This document shows positions 1 to 12,606 of a DNA stretch of 64,000 bases, in pieces. Position 1 is the stretch's first letter. Each line of letters begins with the position of its first letter. The stretch lies in NCBI GenBank assembly GCA_965287045.1, contig OZ336874.1, positions 84,072,001 through 84,136,000 on the forward strand, given 5' to 3'. The DNA is from Carcharhinus amblyrhynchos. Taxonomy: Eukaryota. The notes beneath the pieces are model-generated. The model was not told where the DNA came from. It saw only the letters and a program-made list of their open reading frames with translations, and did no database searches. A program made the translations under genes and the position numbers.

Positions 1-905
1 GCAGAGGACCCAGCACTGATCCCTGTGGTACACCGCTGGTAACTGGCCTCCAGTCTGAAAATTTTCCTTCCACCACCACTCTCTGTCTTCTATGAGACAG
101 CCAGTTACTTATCCAATCGGCCAAATTTCCCCCTATCCCACACCTTCTTACTTTCTACATGAACCTACTGTAGGGAACCTTATCAAACGCCTTACTAAAT
201 TCCATGTATATGACATCAACTGTCCTACCTTCATCTACACACTTCCTCCTCAAATAATTCCATCAAATTTGTGAGGCAAGACTCACCCTTCATAAATCCA
301 TACTGACTATCCCGGATTAAGCCGCATCTTTCCAAATGGTCATAAATCCTATCCCTCAGGACCTTTTCCATTAGCTTACTGACCACCGAAGTAAGACCAA
401 CCAGCCTATAATTATCAGGGTCATTCCTATTTCCTTTCTTGAACAGAAGAACAACATTCGCCACTCTCTAGTCCTCTGCAATCTCATCCCTTGCCTCCCA
501 AAGAATCCTAGGATATATCCTATCTATCTCAGGGGACTTATCGACCCTCAGGTTTTTCAAAATTACTAATACATCTTTCCTCAGAATATCTACCTCTTCC
601 AGCCATTTAGCCTGTATCACACCCTCATCCTCAAAAACATAGCCCCTCTCCTTGATAAACACTGAATAAAAGTATTCATTCATCGCCTCTCCTATCTCTT
701 CTGACTCCATGCACAAGTTCCCACTACTATCCTTGATTGGCCCTAACTTCATCCTGGTCATTCTTTTATTTCTCACGTAAGAATAAAAAGCCTTGGGGTT
801 TGCCTTTGTCCCACCCACCAAGTACTTCTCATGCCCCCTCCTAGCTTTCCTACTCCCTTTCTTTAGCTCATTCCTTGCTACCTTATAACCCTCAAGCGAC
901 TCAAC
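1..905 (-). mobile_element. CR1 LINE ORF2 fragment (region preceding RT and RT N-terminus), disrupted; runs off the window edge
   Basis: ORFs 468-1034 and 231-464 give KANPKAFYSYVRNKR, DKSPEIDRIYPRILWEARDEIA and ANVVLLFKKGNRNDPDNYRLVGLTSVVSKLME, typical CR1 ORF2 motifs. Confidence 0.9.
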
Positions 906-1200
906 TGAACATATGTCTGGAGGTTCATCTGTCCTTTTGCAAATACAGGATCTCTTTCCTTCTCTCCACAACTTGTGCCAAATATGCAAAGCATCTAAAA
1001 AGCTTGGTGCACATTCTCCCACATGTTCAACCATTCCTTAAAATATCATCACAGCCCCGTTTCATTTTTCAAAACTCTCCCACAATCCACATTAATGAAA
1101 TATAGGTTGCACTTAAGTAACACCTCCAGGACCTCTGAAATATGTCCAGCCAATGAACAGCATAGGTAACAGGCAGCAATCATTTAAAATAGCAGGCAAC

Positions 1201-3413
1201 CAGAAACAGACTTACAATGAAACACCATACCTAGGCACAGGCCCCCAACTAATGGGGGTGCAGGTGGCGGGGCATGATGGCCAGTGGCTTTGGGGCACCA
1301 GTCAGAGCCTGAGAGCTTTGTATTTCTTGAGTGCATCAGCAAATTCAATGAGCAACATCAGGCTCTAATTGGTGGAGGCTCCTTAGAATGGGCAAACATT
1401 GTGCAAGATCTTTGAGAGGCTGGTGACTTTGGAGGAGAGAACAGCAGTAACGAGTATCTCAAAAAATATTTTTTAAAACAGTGGCAGATCAGGTTTCTTA
1501 AACATGAGTGAGGACAGCAAAACAACTGCTTTTCAGAAAATTCATTAGTTAAAATCAAGAAAGGTCAGTCAATATGAGCAACGTTCTTAATCTGGCAGTC
1601 AAAAGCGCTGAACATTGAAGGTGTGAGGCAAGAGGAAGAAGCTAGGTAAAAATACAGTTTGTTGTTTTATTTTAGAAATTTTGAAGTATTGAGCAGTGCA
1701 CAAACTGCACTTTAATCCTCATCCACCAAAAGTTTTCCAGAGATCCCCCATCACCTGAAAAAGTTGAACAAGTTGTTCAAGAACAAGGAGAAGCTGAAAT
1801 GAGGGAAGAAACCTACTCTGAAGATTGCCTATGGCTAAAATCTGTTCCACTGTGTATGACCAAATGTTTCACAATAAATAAACCAAAGAACATAGGTAAC
1901 ATGGAAAATGTGAGAAAAGAGGTTGATGTTGGAAACTGAAAGCAGTTTCGAAGACTTCATGAGTCTCATTTTCTGAGGGTGAAAAGAAATGACATGATAG
2001 AAAGGAGAAATTGGTTGATTTTTCTCAGAAACCTCTAAGGCAATGTACTGTTATGTTTGTAAATTGTTCCCTGACTCTAGTTTTAAAAAACACATATTCG
2101 TTGGCAGACACTATAACTGGAGAAATGTTGGAAGAGATCTTGCTGACCATGAGACTTAGAAAAGTCATATTCAGTGTGTTCATTCAAAGATGTAAATCAT
2201 CTGGAAGAATTGATTCTGTGTTATTGGTTCAGTTTGAAAAAGAGCATTCTTTCAGAAAGAAAGTGCTGAGATGTGTTGTTGCCACAGTCAAACTGCTGTC
2301 TTCGTTGGGACTTCTTTTATGAGGAGTTGAAGAATCATTGGTGTTAAGTCAAAGAGGTTTTTTTTGCCTGCCTTGAATACCTCAGTGAATTTGATGAGCT
2401 TCTTAAAGAGCATTTGAAAAGCTATCAATATTGTGGCTTAGGGAAGACCAATATTTTAATGCACAGAAGTTGCAATAAATTCATCACCGTAATGGCAGAG
2501 CAGCTCAGAAACCAATCCACTAATGAAGTTAAAGATGCCAAATATTATTCTATAATAGTTGATTCAACACCAGAATCATGTGAACCAATTAACATTAACT
2601 TTAAGATATGTGACCAGTGATGGTGAGGTTATAGAGCAATTTCTCTGTTTTGTCCAGCTACAATCCCGCACTTCTGATTGACTGGAGACAATAGTTTACA
2701 ACTTTAGGTTATGACATCGAAAATTGTCATGGGCAGAGCTTCAATAATGCCACAAATGTGGCAGGAAAATATTCAGATCTACAAACAAGACAAAAAGATG
2801 CAACCCCTTGTGTATTATTCATCCCATGTTCCAGTTACTCCTTGACTTTAATTTGCAATGCAGCAGCTGAATCTTGTGAGGTAAACATACTTTTTTTTGA
2901 CTTTGCTCAAAACTTGTATACCATTTTCTCAGCTTTCAAGTATTGGTGGAATGTGCTGCAATCATGATTTGAGAAGGCACATGGAAAACATTTGACAGTC
3001 AAAAGTATTTGTGACACAAGGTGGCCCACATGTGAACTGAGATCAGCAGCTGATTTGTACAGATATGTATGTGATTGTTTGCATGCAACCCTTCCAAATG
3101 TGGAGACTATTCTGAGAATATTTTTGACAATATCTGTCACAAATGCTTCCAGTGAATGTTCTTTCTCTGTATTGAAAAGAGTTATAAATGATCTGTGAAG
3201 TGTGATGAGTCAGAAACACTTGACATGTTCAACAATACTGATAATTGAAAATGCATACTTGCCAAATTTTACCTATGATGATGTTACCTTTGATTTTGTG
3301 AAGAAAAAGTGTAGGAAGAAAGCTACCTAAATCACCATGTGTGGTTGGTGTGAGGCTGTGGTGTGGGCCCCTGCATGGAGGCAGAGCATGGGCCTCCGAA
3401 AAGTCTGCCTCTG
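1201..3413 (+). mobile_element. Decayed hAT DNA transposon (Tip100/ZMYM1-like transposase) with both ends
   Basis: TIRs CAGAAACAGACTT (1201-1213) and AAGTCTGCCTCTG (3401-3413) match 11/13; 8-bp flanks CAGGCAAC/CAGGCAGT; broken transposase motifs KYYSIIVDSTP, AGKYSDLQ, FIPCSSYSL, KSICDTRW and dimerisation motif LPNVETILRIFLTISVTNASSECSFSVLKRV. Confidence 0.88.
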
Positions 3414-4545
3414 CAGGCAGTACTAATGTAATGTCCTGCAGGCATACCATGATTTCCTCATTATTTTAGGGGAGGTGATTCCCATTGCCCCTTAATAGTA
3501 TAAAAAATAACTATAGGGAAAGAACCAATGTGTAATTCAAACAACAGTGGTCAAAATATTTACACTTGAAAATCTCTTTAATTTAATGAACACGTACTTC
3601 TGAAGATTGATTTTGTGCTTTCTATTCTGCTGATTTCTGATGAAAGGTGTTTGGCCCATTTATAAGGATTTGCTTTAGAAGTGCCATTTAATATTTTACT
3701 GGTAATTATCAGCACTGACACTGCAAAATTGAAAGTATTTTTTCAGTATCCATTTATTCCATTTTTTCCCTGTAACCAACCACCCTGCATTTTACAGATG
3801 AAAATGTGGGCAAATTGTCAACTTGAGGACTACTATCAAAAATATGTTTGCTTCTTGTGCTTAAAAGTCATTGGCTCAGTGCTTTTTCTTCCTATTTCTG
3901 GGAAATCAGCTTGTTCCCATCAGCAACAATGTTGCTGGCAAGGGCAGCACAGTGTCTGGAACTTTCCATGTAGTGATTCATAGCTGTGAGCATCAATAAC
4001 TGTCCTTAACCTCCCCTTGAACACACAAGTATGAATTCTAGGGGGCTAGAGTAGACCTTCATCACTATAACAGAGCCAGCTAAAAGAAAGCTGGATTCAA
4101 TAATGTATCATAACAGGGTTGTAAATTGACACCGATATTGCAGATCTTTATTGTGCTAAAACATGCACCCTGCTTTAAAGTAAGTATGTACTTATTTCAA
4201 CAGAAACCAATTCAGTAATTATGTGTAATATACAGAATTGCAGTTTACAGGAGAGTGGTATAAGGACAAAGGCTAACTGTGCTAATATCACTACAGATAA
4301 ATGAGGATTAATAACAGGTTCTGCAATAAAATCAATTAATGAAAAGTTGAGTGCAGCTTCAGGCAAATGATGGACAGCACAATTAGTAGTGGATTTAACA
4401 TGTTGCTGCCCATTGTGTGTCTGAGATTGCACTTAATTCTTCAATAGTCAAATGTATACTGATAATATCAGTGGTGCACAGCATTGTTAATCTGAGCATT
4501 AGTAATTAGCTCATTTGTGACCCTTGATAGTCATTTTCTTACATT

Positions 4546-4725
4546 GAAAATGCAAAACACAGCAGATGCCAGAAGTCTGAAATGAAAACAGGAAATGCTG
4601 GAAATACACAGCAGGTCAGCTCTGTGGAGAGAGAATGACTGGTTACATCCCTGAAATGCTGTTTTTCTCTCCACAGAGGCTGCCTGACATGCAGTGTATC
4701 CCCAGTATTTTCTGTTTTTATTTTC
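4546..4725. mobile_element. Short inverted-repeat remnant, probably a Penelope-like element terminus (second family)
   Basis: Arm ~4584-4633 (AAAACAGGAAATGCTGGAAATACACAGCAGGTCAGCTCTGTGGAGAGA) pairs imperfectly with ~4666-4718; only the left arm has an extra ~40-nt tail. Confidence 0.6.
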
Positions 4726-5224
4726 TTAAATTAGGCAGGATTCAAAATCTTAAGTACGACCAATATCAGTCATCTCAACCAAGCACCTTACTCCTGCAAT
4801 ATCTGAATAGTTATTTACCTACAAAATGCAGGACAAATCCTAACCAATCAATCACTGCTGCATCAGTAAAGTGATGAAAGGAATTGTCAACAAAGCTATC
4901 AAGCAGCACTTGCATTGCAATAATTTGCTCACTGATGCACAATTTGGGTTCTGCCAGGGCTACTCAGTTCCTGACCTCATTATAGCCATAGTTCAAACAT
5001 GGACAGAAGAACTGAACTCAAGAGGTGAGGTGAAAATGACTGCCCTTTACACCAAGGCAGCATTTGACTGGGGGTGACATCAAGGAGCCTGAAGTCAATG
5101 GGAATCAGGGAAAACTCTCTGCTGGTTAGAGTCATACCTAGCACAAAGGGAGATGATTGTAGTTGTTGGAAGTCAATCATCTCTTTCCCAGGATATCAGT
5201 CTTCATAGTAGGCTCAACCATCTT

Positions 5225-5718
5225 TTGATTTGATTTGATTTATTATTGTCACATATATTGGGATACAGTGAAAAGTATTGTTTCTTGTGTGCTATACAAA
5301 TAAAACATACCATTCTTAAATATTGGGGAGAAGGAGACACTGCAGAATATAGTGTTGCAGTAACAGATAGGGTGTAGAGAAAGATCAGCTTACTGTATGG
5401 TAAGTCCATTCAAAAGTTTGATGGCAGCAAGGAAGAAGCTAGTTGAGTCAATAAGTATGCAATCTCAGACTTTTGTATCTTTTCCCCGAAGGAAAAAGAT
5501 AGAAGACAGTATGTCCAAGGTGTGTGGGGTCCTTGATTGTGCTGGCTGCTTTTCCAAGGCATTGGGAAGTGTAGATTGAGTAAATGCATGGGAGGCTGGT
5601 TTGTATAATAGATTGGGATGCATCTGGAAAGGATGCTTTCTATGGTGCATCTGTAAAAACTGATGAGTTATAGGGGACATGCTGAATTTCTTTAGCCCCC
5701 TGAGAAAATAGAGGTGTT
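5225..5718 (-). mobile_element. Rex1/Babar-type LINE 3' fragment nested in family B LINE
   Basis: (GATTT)n tail; HLYFLRGLKKFSMSP; homologous to 10245-11164 and 39688-40985; host sequence CAACCATCTT|CAGCTGC resumes after it. Confidence 0.85.
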
Positions 5719-5884
5719 TTTCAGCTGCTGCCTCAATGACTTTCCCACCATCAAAATTAGAGGTGGTGATGTTTGCTGGTGATTGTGCAATGTTCAGCAT
5801 CATTTGTAACTCCTCAGATACTGAAGTAGTCTGTATCCACGCAAGACAACATTCAGGCTTGGGTCACCAAGTGACAAGTAATAT

Positions 5885-6261
5885 TTTTAAATTTTTTTTT
5901 CATGAGATGTGGACATTGCCGGCAAGGCCAGCATTTTTTGCCCATCCTTAAATGCCCTTGAACTGAGTGGCTTGCTAGACCATTTCAGAGGGTAGTTAAG
6001 AGACTTCTGCATTTCTGTGGATCTGGAGACATATGTTGGCCAAACCAAGCAAGAACAATAGAATTTCTCCCCTAAAGATCATTAGTGAATCAGATGGGTT
6101 TTTACACCAACCGACAATGTCATGGTCATCATTACTAAGTCTACTGTTGTGTTCCAGATTTATTAACTGAATTCAAATTCCACCAGCTGCCATGATGGGG
6201 TGTAAACCACATCCCCAAAGCTTTAGGTTGCTAATCCTGTGATGTTACTACTATGCCACCA
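5885..6261 (-). mobile_element. tRNA-derived SINE sharing its 3' tail with family B LINE
   Basis: Reverse complement aligns with 37602-37963 (CCCATCTG.TTCACTAATG.CTTTAGGG core; GGATGGGCAA.AAATGCTGG tail). Confidence 0.8.
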
Positions 6262-7149
6262 TGTGCCATGCAAGTGCCAGTCAATGACCATCTCCATTAG
6301 GAAAGAATCCAATCATCTCCCCTTGACATCAATGACATCCCCAACATTGGAACCCACAATCAATATCCTGTGGATTGCCATTGACCAGAAACTGAAATGG
6401 GCTAGCCATATAATTACCATAGTGAGAAGGATAGTTAGAGATTAGATATTCTGAAACAGGTAATTTACTTCTGACTCCCCAAAGCCTGTCCACCATCTAC
6501 AAGGCAGATGTCAGGAGTATGATGAAATACTCTCCACTTTCCTGGATGAATACAACTTTAACAACACTCAATAAGCACCACCTTAAACATTCACTCCAAC
6601 AACACACAGTGGCAGTATGTAAAATCTACAGGATGCACTGCAGCAATCCACCAAAACCCCTTTGCAGCACCATCCAAATCTGTGACTGCTACCACCTAGC
6701 AGGGCATGGGCAGCAGAAGCATGGGAACACTGCCATCTGGAAGTTGCCTTCCAAGCTACATCTAATTTTGACTTGCAAACATATAACTTTTCTTTCATTA
6801 TCATTGAATCAAAATCCATGAACATCCTTCCTAATAGCACTGTGGGTGTTTCTGCACCACATGGACTGCAACAATTCAAGCTTTTTCAAGGGTATTTATA
6901 AGTGAGCTTTAAATGCTGGTTCAGCCAGCAATGCTGACATCCTGTGGACAAATAAATGCACGTCTCAAATCTTCCCTCAAATTCACAAAACTGTCAAATC
7001 TCCACTCAATTTCCTTCACTAACCTAATGTTGTAGCTAAATTCTTTATACAAAATTATAAAGTCTATCCACTGAATACTGAGTGTCAACCAATCACACTG
7101 AAACTTTGCCACTCTCATGAGGAATTCCAGCTGTCACCTACATAGATGT

Positions 7150-8236
7150 TGGGAGTGGTTATCCCAAAAAAGTTCTAAGGGCTGAATTTGGTGGGAAACT
7201 GGTGTAAATCACCATTGTGTTTTCAATGGGAGTTTAGGCAAGAATCCCACGCACTGTGCAACTCTGAGGTTTGTGAATGTCACTAAAAGCTCAGGGGCGG
7301 GGCCTATTCATGCCAGGGTCTGACCCCTGAGCCTCTGCACATGCACAGTGGCCTCAGACTGTCAGCCTGCAGTTTGCTGACTAGCTCAATCACTGGCCAG
7401 TGCAGGACCTCCCACGGCTCAATCATGGCCCCCATGACCAGTACCAGGCCAGTCCCAACCCTCTTCCGTCCTAGTGCACCTCAATCTCCAGCGCCACCCT
7501 CCCCCAACTCAGCAGTGGCAATCCACCCCATCCTGGCAGGCCACCACCAACCCACCACCGCTCCCCCCCCCCACCCCCACCACAGCCAGTCCTGTTTGCT
7601 TTCTTCCTTCCAGTCCAGACCAATCCCCATGCAGAGTGGCAGCAGGACCCCCACCCCCACCAATTGCCCTAAGCCCCCACCCCTAGGCCCTACTACCCAC
7701 TACCCGCCTCCCTTGGTTCTGCCCCTTGGCACTGCCCCCTTGGCACTGCACGATGTCCCATGGGCAGTGCCAAGGTGCCCCCGACATGGGCACTTTGCCC
7801 CTTGGGCAGTGCCAGGGGACATAGGCTGGCACTGCCAGGGTGTCCATAGCAGGCAGGTACCATCATCCTGCCGCCTGACCCTCTGGGGGCCCCAACTGTT
7901 GCCCTTTCGCTCCAGCGTGGTTTCCTGCCAGTTCCCTGAAAGTGGGGAGTATTCTAAACCCCACCAGAGTAATATTGTACTGGTAGAGTGGGAGATGGTA
8001 TCGGGAGAATTCAGTCCCAAGCTTGATAATCACATTTAAAATAGATTCTTAAGATTAAAATCACTTACTTGTTGTTCCTGCCTGATAAGAGTGTGTTCCC
8101 AATTGCGTCAGATATCCATCACTGGGAGATGCATGCATGTCCAGAACACGTGCGAATCCCATGAATCGGTGCACATGTGAATTTCCCTGCCCAACCCATC
8201 AAAAAATTAGTGGTTTAGAATGGGAGAATCACCCCC
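7150..8236. mobile_element. Non-autonomous Harbinger/PIF-like element (GC-rich)
   Basis: Imperfect TIRs GGGAGTGGTTATCCCA / TGGGAGAATCACCCC; left end resembles the terminus of the Harbinger ending at 53836; interior similar to ~37970-38600 in the opposite orientation. Confidence 0.55.
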
Positions 8237-9859
8237 TTAATCTTGGAATTCTCTCCAAACGTCGCTCCAATGCAGACAGTGTCAATAATGGCCCACTTTG
8301 CAGGGTTTCAATCTTATCTCCTGGGATTCTATTTCCTTGGATTCCCAAGTATGCACTCAAGCCCCAACTCAGAAGTACAATTTCACCCCTTTGTCTGCAC
8401 TGAGTAGACTATTAGTACTCCAAAAAATTACCCTTACTGCCTGCAACATGGAGTCTTCAACCATCTGCTACATTATTGGATATTCAGTGCTTCTCTTCTC
8501 GTAGGCCCTCTTCAAATATCAGGGCATCTTCAGAAATCTCTTTGCTCAATGGCTTTCAAGGCATTTTCCCTTCAACATAGGGGTGGGTCCTCAACCCAAA
8601 GAACTTAAAAATGCAAAACTGCTCATGTGTAGCCTGCTGCTGTTCTGCACATATACAAATTTCTGAACATGTTGGGACTTGGAATTCCTGGCTGCCTGCA
8701 TCCGACGAGGTAAGTGAAACTTTCATAACAATAGCAATTAGCAAGTTAGGATGCATTTACAGGACATAACCACATATGTGAGGCCAGTAAATGTCTTGCA
8801 ATCCTGCATCTGTGATTTTGACCCCTCTGTTGGCATTGGCCACCCTGGCTACTTATGTTTATGCCTCGTGAGTAGTTGTCCTTGAGGGAACACGACCCCT
8901 CCTGTTGAAAGGTAGTCTGGCTTTAAGTAGTTCGGGCCAGTTTTAATTGGTGCTACTATCACATGAAGTTGGAACCCCTTGTGAGAAAGGCAGCTACTCA
9001 AAAGCATGTTTGGCTGCACACTACAATCATGGACATGAATAGGCAGCATTAAATTTTCTTGCTGCCTCATCAATTTGATTGAGCATGGATAGTTGCATAT
9101 CACACTCCTGCACTCAAATTCGGGAGGCTACCCAATTTTCCCCACCATAACTTATTGTTGAGCATTTATCCTGTATTATATGTTAATTAAGAGAGAATCA
9201 GTTAAAAAAAATAAGTTCCAAACTAAGCTGCTTAAATATTATTCCTTTTATAATATGTCTAGGGTAGCTGGAAGTTTAGGGAAAATTGTTACATTTACAG
9301 ATTTAGACTCAGCACTGAGGTATTAAACTGGAGTGTTTAGCAGATTCCTCTTTAATTGCAAACAAGAGATCGTTTAGGGATGCAATGTGGGATACAAACC
9401 ATCCTGCCAACAGGATTGGTAAAGTTAAACAGGGTGTGCCCATAACATTTATAACCTACAGAGTTATGTGTTTGGAATTTCCACAGCAGGAGATCAGGAG
9501 AACCCAGGGGATGTTCAAGGTTAAGGATTCAATGTTCCCATTTGTTCTTCGTTACAGTAATTCCATGTAAAATATTGAATTTGAGGTCATCTATATAAAA
9601 CAGCGTTCATCAGAAGGGCAATATTTTATTTGCCTTGCTTCCTTGATCTCCTTGAAGAAAAATATATTTGATAAAGTTCCACATATATAGCTTTATAGTA
9701 AATAATTCATGAATTTGTCTTCAAAGTTATGCTAGGTGTAATATGAGGACTGTAAAGAGCTTAATGTGGGGATTACTAACCAACTACCATTTTAAATACT
9801 GGCAGAAAATGAGTAGGGCACGCTTGCAGCCTGGTTATTCCTACTATTTGGAAGCTGCC

Positions 9860-11220
9860 ACTGGTAGAATTTAAATTTGAATAATCAATAAGAAATTAAA
9901 AAGCTATTCTCTGTAATGGTGACCATTGGCTTGTCATAAAAATCCATATAGTCCACTAATGTCCGTAGAGAAAAAAAATCTAGCGTTCTGATTTGGTCTG
10001 CCCTACATGAGACTCCAGACCCACGCAATAATTGACTCTTAACTACCCTCTGAAATGGATACAGAAGACACTCAGTTGTACCAAACTGTAACAGAAAAGT
10101 CAAAATGGGGGAAAAAAAATCAGATGGACCAAAGCAGACTCTGCCCAGTTGATCCCGCAAAGTCCTCTTTACTAATGTGTGGGGCATTAGCCAAAATGGG
10201 GAGAGCTGTCCCATAGTGTAGTCAGGCAACAGCTTGGCATTAACCAATCGATTAATTGATTTGATTTATTGTCACATGTACAGGGTTACAGTGAAAAGTA
10301 TTGTTTCTTGTGCACTATAGAAGCAAAAGATACTGCTCATGAAGTACATCTGGAAAAGGGTAGGGTGCAGAATATATGTTGAACTACAGGTAGGGTGAAG
10401 AAAGTAAGCTTAGAATATGATAGGACCACTCAAAAGTCTGATGAGAGCAGGGAAGAAGCTGTTCTTGAATCTGTTGGTACGTGTTTTCAGACTTTGTGTC
10501 TTTTTCCCAATGGGGGAAGGTATAAAAGAATATGTCCAGAATGCATGAGGTCTTTGATTATGCTGGCTGTTTTCCTGAGGCAGCAATAAGTGCAGACAAA
10601 GTCAATGGATGGGATTCTGGTTTGCATGACAGGCAGGGCTACGTTCACAACCCTTTGTCACTTCTTGCGGTCTTGGTCAGAGTAGGAACCATACGAAGCT
10701 GTGATACAACCAGATAAAATGCTTTCTATGATACATCTGTAAAAATTCGTGAGAGTTATAGTGGGCATGCTGGATTTCCTTAGCCCTCTGAGAAAGTAGA
10801 GGCATTGGTAAGCTTTATTAATTGTAGTGTCAGTGTGGAGGGTCCAAGACAGATTTTTGGTGATCTGAGCGCCTAGGAACTTGACATTCTTGACCATCTC
10901 CACTTCATTGATCTAGGTAGGGGCATGTCCTCCACTATGTTTTCTGAAGTTGATGACTATCTCCTTCATTTTGTTGACATTGAGGGAGAGATTATTATCG
11001 TCGCACTTTTTCATCAAATTCTCTGTCTCTTTCCTGTACTCCATCTCTCCGTTGTTCGTGATCTGATCCACTACGGTGGTGTCATCAGCAAACTTGAAAA
11101 TGGAGTTGGACCAGAATTTGACCACACTGTCATAAGTGTATAAAGACTGTAATAAAGGGTTGAGGACATTGTCATACTCATCGAATCGTACCTTTTAGCT
11201 AATGTTCCAGATTCCTCCAT
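9860..11220 (+). mobile_element. 5' region of family B LINE (UTR plus start of APE endonuclease), split by Rex1
   Basis: KVLFTNVWG and GELSHSVVRQQ at 10156-10241 resume as DIVILIESYL at 11165; GGCATT/GACATT duplicated around the Rex1. Confidence 0.7.
10245..11164 (-). mobile_element. Rex1/Babar-type LINE, 5'-truncated
   Basis: [63 protein letters not shown]; (GATTT)n tail. Confidence 0.9.
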
Positions 11221-11420
11221 GGGTGTTCTGGTTTTCTCCCACATACCAAAGATATGCATGTTAGATTGATTGACCATGCTTAATTGCCCCTTAGCATCAG
11301 GAGGACTAGCAGGGTAAATACTTGGGGCTACGGAGATAGGGCCTGTGTGGGATTGTTGTCAGTGCAGGCTTGATGGGCCAAATGGACCACTTTTGCACTG
11401 TAGAGATTCTAAGATTCTAT
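11218..11420 (+). mobile_element. HE1-type V-SINE, 5'-truncated
   Basis: GGTTTTCTCCCACA..CCAAAGAT V-domain; CR1-derived tail GATGGGCCAAATGG..GCACTGTAGAGATTCTA. Confidence 0.8.
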
Positions 11421-12110
11421 TTTTACAGTTTATAAAAATGACTTGGATGAAGGGACCAAATGTATGATTGCCAAATTTACTGATGCTACAAAGATAAGTA
11501 GGAAAGTAAGTTGTGAAGAGGACTTAAGGACATAGATAGGTTAAGATAAATAGGTTGAATGAGTGAGCAAAGTTCTAGCAAATAGAATATAATGTGGACG
11601 AATGTGAAATTGTCCATTTTGGCAGGAGAATAATAAGGAAGTTTATTATCTAAACGGGGATAGTTTACAAAGCTCTGAGATTCAGAGGGTGTCCAAGTAC
11701 ATGAATCAAAAGGATAGTAAGCAGGTATTAGTAATTAGGAAAACTAATAAAATATTATTGTTTATTGTGAGGGGAATTGAAAAAAAGAGTATAGAGCTTA
11801 TGCTCCAGTTGCATAGTGCACTGGTGAAACTACATCTCAAGTGCTGTGTACAGTATAGGTCTCCTTATTTAAGGAAGGATCTGTTGGAAACAGATTGGGA
11901 AGGTTTATTAGACTAATACCAGAAGTAGGCGGGTTGTCTTGTGCAGAAAGGTTGGACAGGCTAAGCTTGTATCCACTGGAGTTTAGCAAAGTAAGAGGTG
12001 ACTTGATTGAATAAATAAGATCCTGCGGGATTGTGACTAGGTGGATGTGGAATGGATTTTCTGACCTGTGGGAGAATCTAGAATTAGGGGTCACTTTTTA
12101 AAAATAAGGA
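11421..12110 (+). mobile_element. Old CR1 ORF2 3' fragment
   Basis: Degenerate KFTDATK; ELMLQLHSALVKLHLKCCVQYRSPYLRKD; ESRIRGH. Confidence 0.8.
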
Positions 12111-12111
12111 T

Positions 12112-12498
12112 CACTCATGCCTCCATCACTGACAAAAGTGGCAGTTTCCTAACAAGAAGTTTCTCAGCAACTCGCGAAGCCACTTACAGCATCACCTTCC
12201 AAACCCATGATTTTCTACCCCCTAGAAGAACAAGGGTAACAGAAGTACAGGAACAGCACCACCTGGAAGTTTCCCTCCATACTATACCACCTTTACTTGG
12301 ACCTACATTGCTGCTTCTTCACCATTGCTGAGCCAAATTTCTGAAATTCCCTCTTCAACAGTGCTATGGATGTACCTACACAAAATGGACTTCAGAGATT
12401 CAAGAAAGCAACTTGTCTTTGGCTTTTCAAGAGTAATTGGAGATGGGCAGAAAATGTTGGCCTTACCACTAATATTCAGATCCAATGAATGGATAAAA
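12112..12498 (+). mobile_element. Family B LINE 3' end
   Basis: Homologous to ~6590-6957; tail GGAGATGGGCAGAAAATGTTGGCC..AATGAATGGATAAAA. Confidence 0.7.
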
Positions 12499-12606
12499 AC
12501 ATCTGAAACAGTTGCTATCTGATATAATCCACTTTGATTACAATGGACCTAACTTAAAGGAGGTGTTGTCAGGAAAAAAGCACAACATTTTCCTGCCATT
12601 GACAAT

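Larger units (their letters stand above)
4828..6957 (+). mobile_element. CR1-group LINE ('family B'), RT through 3' tail, decayed, with nested Rex1 and SINE
   Basis: Motifs LLTDAQFGFCQGYS, KAAFD, VVMFAGDCAMF, KCQSMTISIRKESNH, IDQKLKWASHI, MKYSPLSWM; 3' tail AAATGCTGG..CAGCAATGC..ACATCCTGTG. Confidence 0.8.

Noticed and set aside
7341-8039. 232-aa proline-rich ORF as a host gene
   Set aside because: It lies in a C-rich Harbinger-like repeat with a related copy at ~38100-38600 and has no recognisable domain
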